A stretch of 64,000 nucleotides of DNA from Bacilli bacterium (GTDB taxonomy: Bacteria; Bacillota_I; Bacilli_A; RF39; UBA660): contig JAGBAW010000026.1 in assembly GCA_017938725.1 (NCBI GenBank), positions 9,014 through 73,013 of the forward strand. The letters are read 5' to 3'. Positions 62,266-64,000 of the stretch are shown in pieces. The notes under the pieces were generated by a model. That model saw only the letters and a program-made list of their open reading frames with translations. It did not search any database and had not been told where the DNA came from. How positions within the stretch are numbered: position 1 is the first letter of the stretch; every line of letters starts with the position of its first letter. Both the position numbers and the translations under genes were made by a program.

Positions 62266-62463
62266 AAGGAGATGAGTTTTATTAATTATTTCTTTGAAAT
62301 AGTCGTACCACAATTATTAGAGTATTTTAAAGAAAATGCAAAGGATGTTCCTTATTCTTTATTATCAGAAGTATTAATCAATAATAAGAACTATGAAAAA
62401 GAAGTAAAAGAAATGATTGAAAAATCTAATGAAATTAGTAAAAAATATATTAAAAAAAATTAA
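62266..62463 (+). CDS. Doubtful small ORF
   Basis: 65 aa if started at ATG 62266; the track's 89-aa form spans the terminator hairpin. Possibly not a real gene. Confidence 0.2.
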   Translation, partial: KEMSFINYFFEIVVPQLLEYFKENAKDVPYSLLSEVLINNKNYEKEVKEMIEKSNEISKKYIKKN

Positions 62464-62489
62464 ACTGTCAGCGACTACATTAGTGGGTC

Positions 62490-62529
62490 TTAGGGATATT
62501 CCCTAACAAGTAGATGGGTGTGTATACAC
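62490..62529 (+). promoter_or_regulatory. Two perfect palindromes (TTAGGGA-TAT-TCCCTAA and GTGTATACAC) upstream of ORF 62597
   Basis: Read directly at 62490-62506 and 62520-62529. Operator-like. Confidence 0.3.
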
Positions 62530-62596
62530 CATGCTTGATAGATTGAATTTTTATATTACGTAAGTCGTTCTCTAATTTATGAAAGGATAAATTTTT

Positions 62597-63151
62597 ATGA
62601 ATGATGAGTGGATAGAAAGAAAGCAAGTTCAAGATATGTTTTCATTAACAACCAAACAATTTGGAAGAGTTATGAGAAATATAAAGCGAAGACACGAACA
62701 TGATTATTATTTATGGATAAAAAGAGATAAGAATAGTAAATCAAAAATGTATATAAGTCAAGAATGTGTTGATTGGTTAAAAGAAGTTTATTTTAACAAA
62801 GAAGAACATTACTTAACTTCTGAAATCAGGTTTTATAAAAAGAAGATTTTTGATTTAGAAAATGAATTAGGAATAAGTCATAAAAGAAATAAATATGAAT
62901 CTTTTTCATTAAGATTTTTACCTTACTTATATGGTAAAAGTGTAAGTGCTATTCATGTAGCACTTCATAGGATGAAAAAGGTATTTCCTTATTCAATAAC
63001 TTTTGAAGATGATGGTGTTATATGTGTTAAAGAAGAGGGAATTAGATGGTTGTATGAAAATTATTTTAAAAGAGATTATTTAAAAGAATTAGAAGAATAT
63101 AAATGGGAATTAGAAATTAGAAAAAATAATGTGAAGGTCAAGACACACTAA
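62597..63151 (+). CDS. Phage-like putative DNA-binding protein with an internal duplication
   Basis: Basic HTH-like N-terminus (SLTTKQFGRVMRNIKRRH). Duplicated CV.E...WL.E.YF segments. Confidence 0.4.
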   Translation: MNDEWIERKQVQDMFSLTTKQFGRVMRNIKRRHEHDYYLWIKRDKNSKSKMYISQECVDWLKEVYFNKEEHYLTSEIRFYKKKIFDLENELGISHKRNKYESFSLRFLPYLYGKSVSAIHVALHRMKKVFPYSITFEDDGVICVKEEGIRWLYENYFKRDYLKELEEYKWELEIRKNNVKVKTH

Positions 63152-63205
63152 AGTTTATTTGGTATAATATTTATAGTTAAAACTTAATGAAATGAGGTGT
63201 TATTG

Positions 63206-64000
63206 TGAATATTGAGATTATACAAAAAGCATTGTTAGACTGTTACTCAAAAGATTTATGTTATCCTAAAGTTCAAGATGATTGGAATGACAATAATAAA
63301 TGCTTTGGTATGTGTGCAATAACATCTCTAATCATTAATGATTATTTTGGTGGAGAGATTTGTAAAATTCATGTGGATGAAATTAGTCATTATTTTAATT
63401 TAGTAGAAGATAAAATTATAGATTTAACTTCAAGTCAGTTTAATCATGATATAGATTATAAAGATTATCAAATTATAGATAGACAAAAAATATTAACTGA
63501 TGATACTAGGAATAGATATAACATATTAAAGGCAAGATTAATAAAAGCATTATTAAAACAGGTTGATGAAAAAGTATATTCTTGTAAATCATGCAATAAA
63601 TTAGTTGATAAGTTTCCTAATGATGCTACAGTATATCTAGGTAAAGATCAGACAATCATTTTTGTTGGAGAAGCCCCTGCTAATAATGGTTGGAGAAAAA
63701 GTCATAAATTATGGTGTGATATAAATGGTAAAGTTTTACCTAGTGGAGTTGTATTACAAAAATTATTTGATATTATAGATAGAAATATTTTTGAAACTAC
63801 ATTTTTAGAGTCAGTTAAGTGCTATCCATTAGAAAGAAAAAATTTAAAAACTTGTTCTAGTAATTGTAAGAATATAATGTTAGAACAACTAAAAATATTA
63901 AATCCTAAATTAATTATTACTTTAGGAGAATTTCCAACTAGAAATTTACTTAATTTTAAATTCAATAAATTTGCTGATGTAGTTGGCAACATATATGAAG
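63206..64000 (+). CDS. Fusion of a YunG-like Cys-rich domain with a UDG-superfamily (family-4-like) domain; 3' end outside the window
   Basis: N-terminus CFGMCAITSLIINDYFGGEI (YunG-like). C-terminus IIFVGEAPANNGWRKS, SGVVLQKLFD, VKCYPLE, then LIITLGE. This parallels UDG family 4's GEAPG, GRAGQLL, VKCRPP and ALG motifs. GTG start after a GAGGTG ribosome-binding site. Confidence 0.45.

Noticed and set aside
61383-62463. A radical SAM enzyme plus small downstream ORF as a RiPP maturase/precursor pair
   Set aside because: The enzyme lacks SPASM or twitch auxiliary cysteine clusters and aligns with viperin throughout. A rho-independent terminator sits between it and the small ORF.
62194-62463. 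An 89-aa ORF overlapping the pVip stop, as a translationally coupled partner
   Set aside because: The pVip terminator hairpin lies inside this ORF. Only a shorter, weakly supported 65-aa version from 62266 is conceivable.

Overview
This is an AT-rich, low-GC Firmicutes window, with Clostridium-like gene content and spore-coat genes. Most of it is a housekeeping backbone from the origin-proximal part of the chromosome. That backbone runs ftsEX plus an M23 peptidase, uvrB, uvsE, nrdDG, cdaA-cdaR, rplM-rpsI, soj-spo0J, ychF, rpsF-ssb-rpsR, rplI-dnaB, rlmH, ung, trmL, uppP and rluB. Mixed in are sporulation and cell-wall genes: two D-Ala-D-Ala carboxypeptidases, a SpoIID-like protein, CotF-like and GerQ-like coat proteins, and two M23 peptidases.

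Three loci look accessory:
- A 1930-aa secreted protein (13.5-19.3 kb) carries Listeria-Bacteroides-type repeats and an unrecognised tandem ~100-aa repeat. A PGRP-type amidase and an Rpn (PD-(D/E)XK) transposase-like gene follow it, each behind near-identical terminator modules.
- A translationally coupled pair of giant surface proteins (49.9-56.5 kb) ends in a thioester-domain plus Cna-B adhesin whose C-terminus carries a sortase-B-like NIQTG sorting signal. No sortase is in the window.
- A tRNA-His (GUG) at 60.7 kb is followed by an island-like segment. It holds a stand-alone prokaryotic viperin homolog (radical-SAM pVip) with its own promoter and terminator, small unknown ORFs, a phage-like DNA-binding protein behind palindromic operators, and a truncated fusion of a YunG-like domain to a UDG-superfamily (family-4-like) domain. 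This island is my best candidate for an anti-phage or novel system.

Other items worth a look:
- a near-consensus sigma-A promoter whose -10 element is overlapped by a perfect CACGTG-core palindrome (4937-4965);
- a short APH/CotS-like kinase-fold protein;
- a T4-gp1-type dNMP kinase next to uvsE;
- a leaderless Zn-phospholipase-C-like protein;
- a 540-bp gene-less gap with a decayed ORF between rpsR and rplI.

No CRISPR array, rRNA or IS element with terminal repeats was seen.
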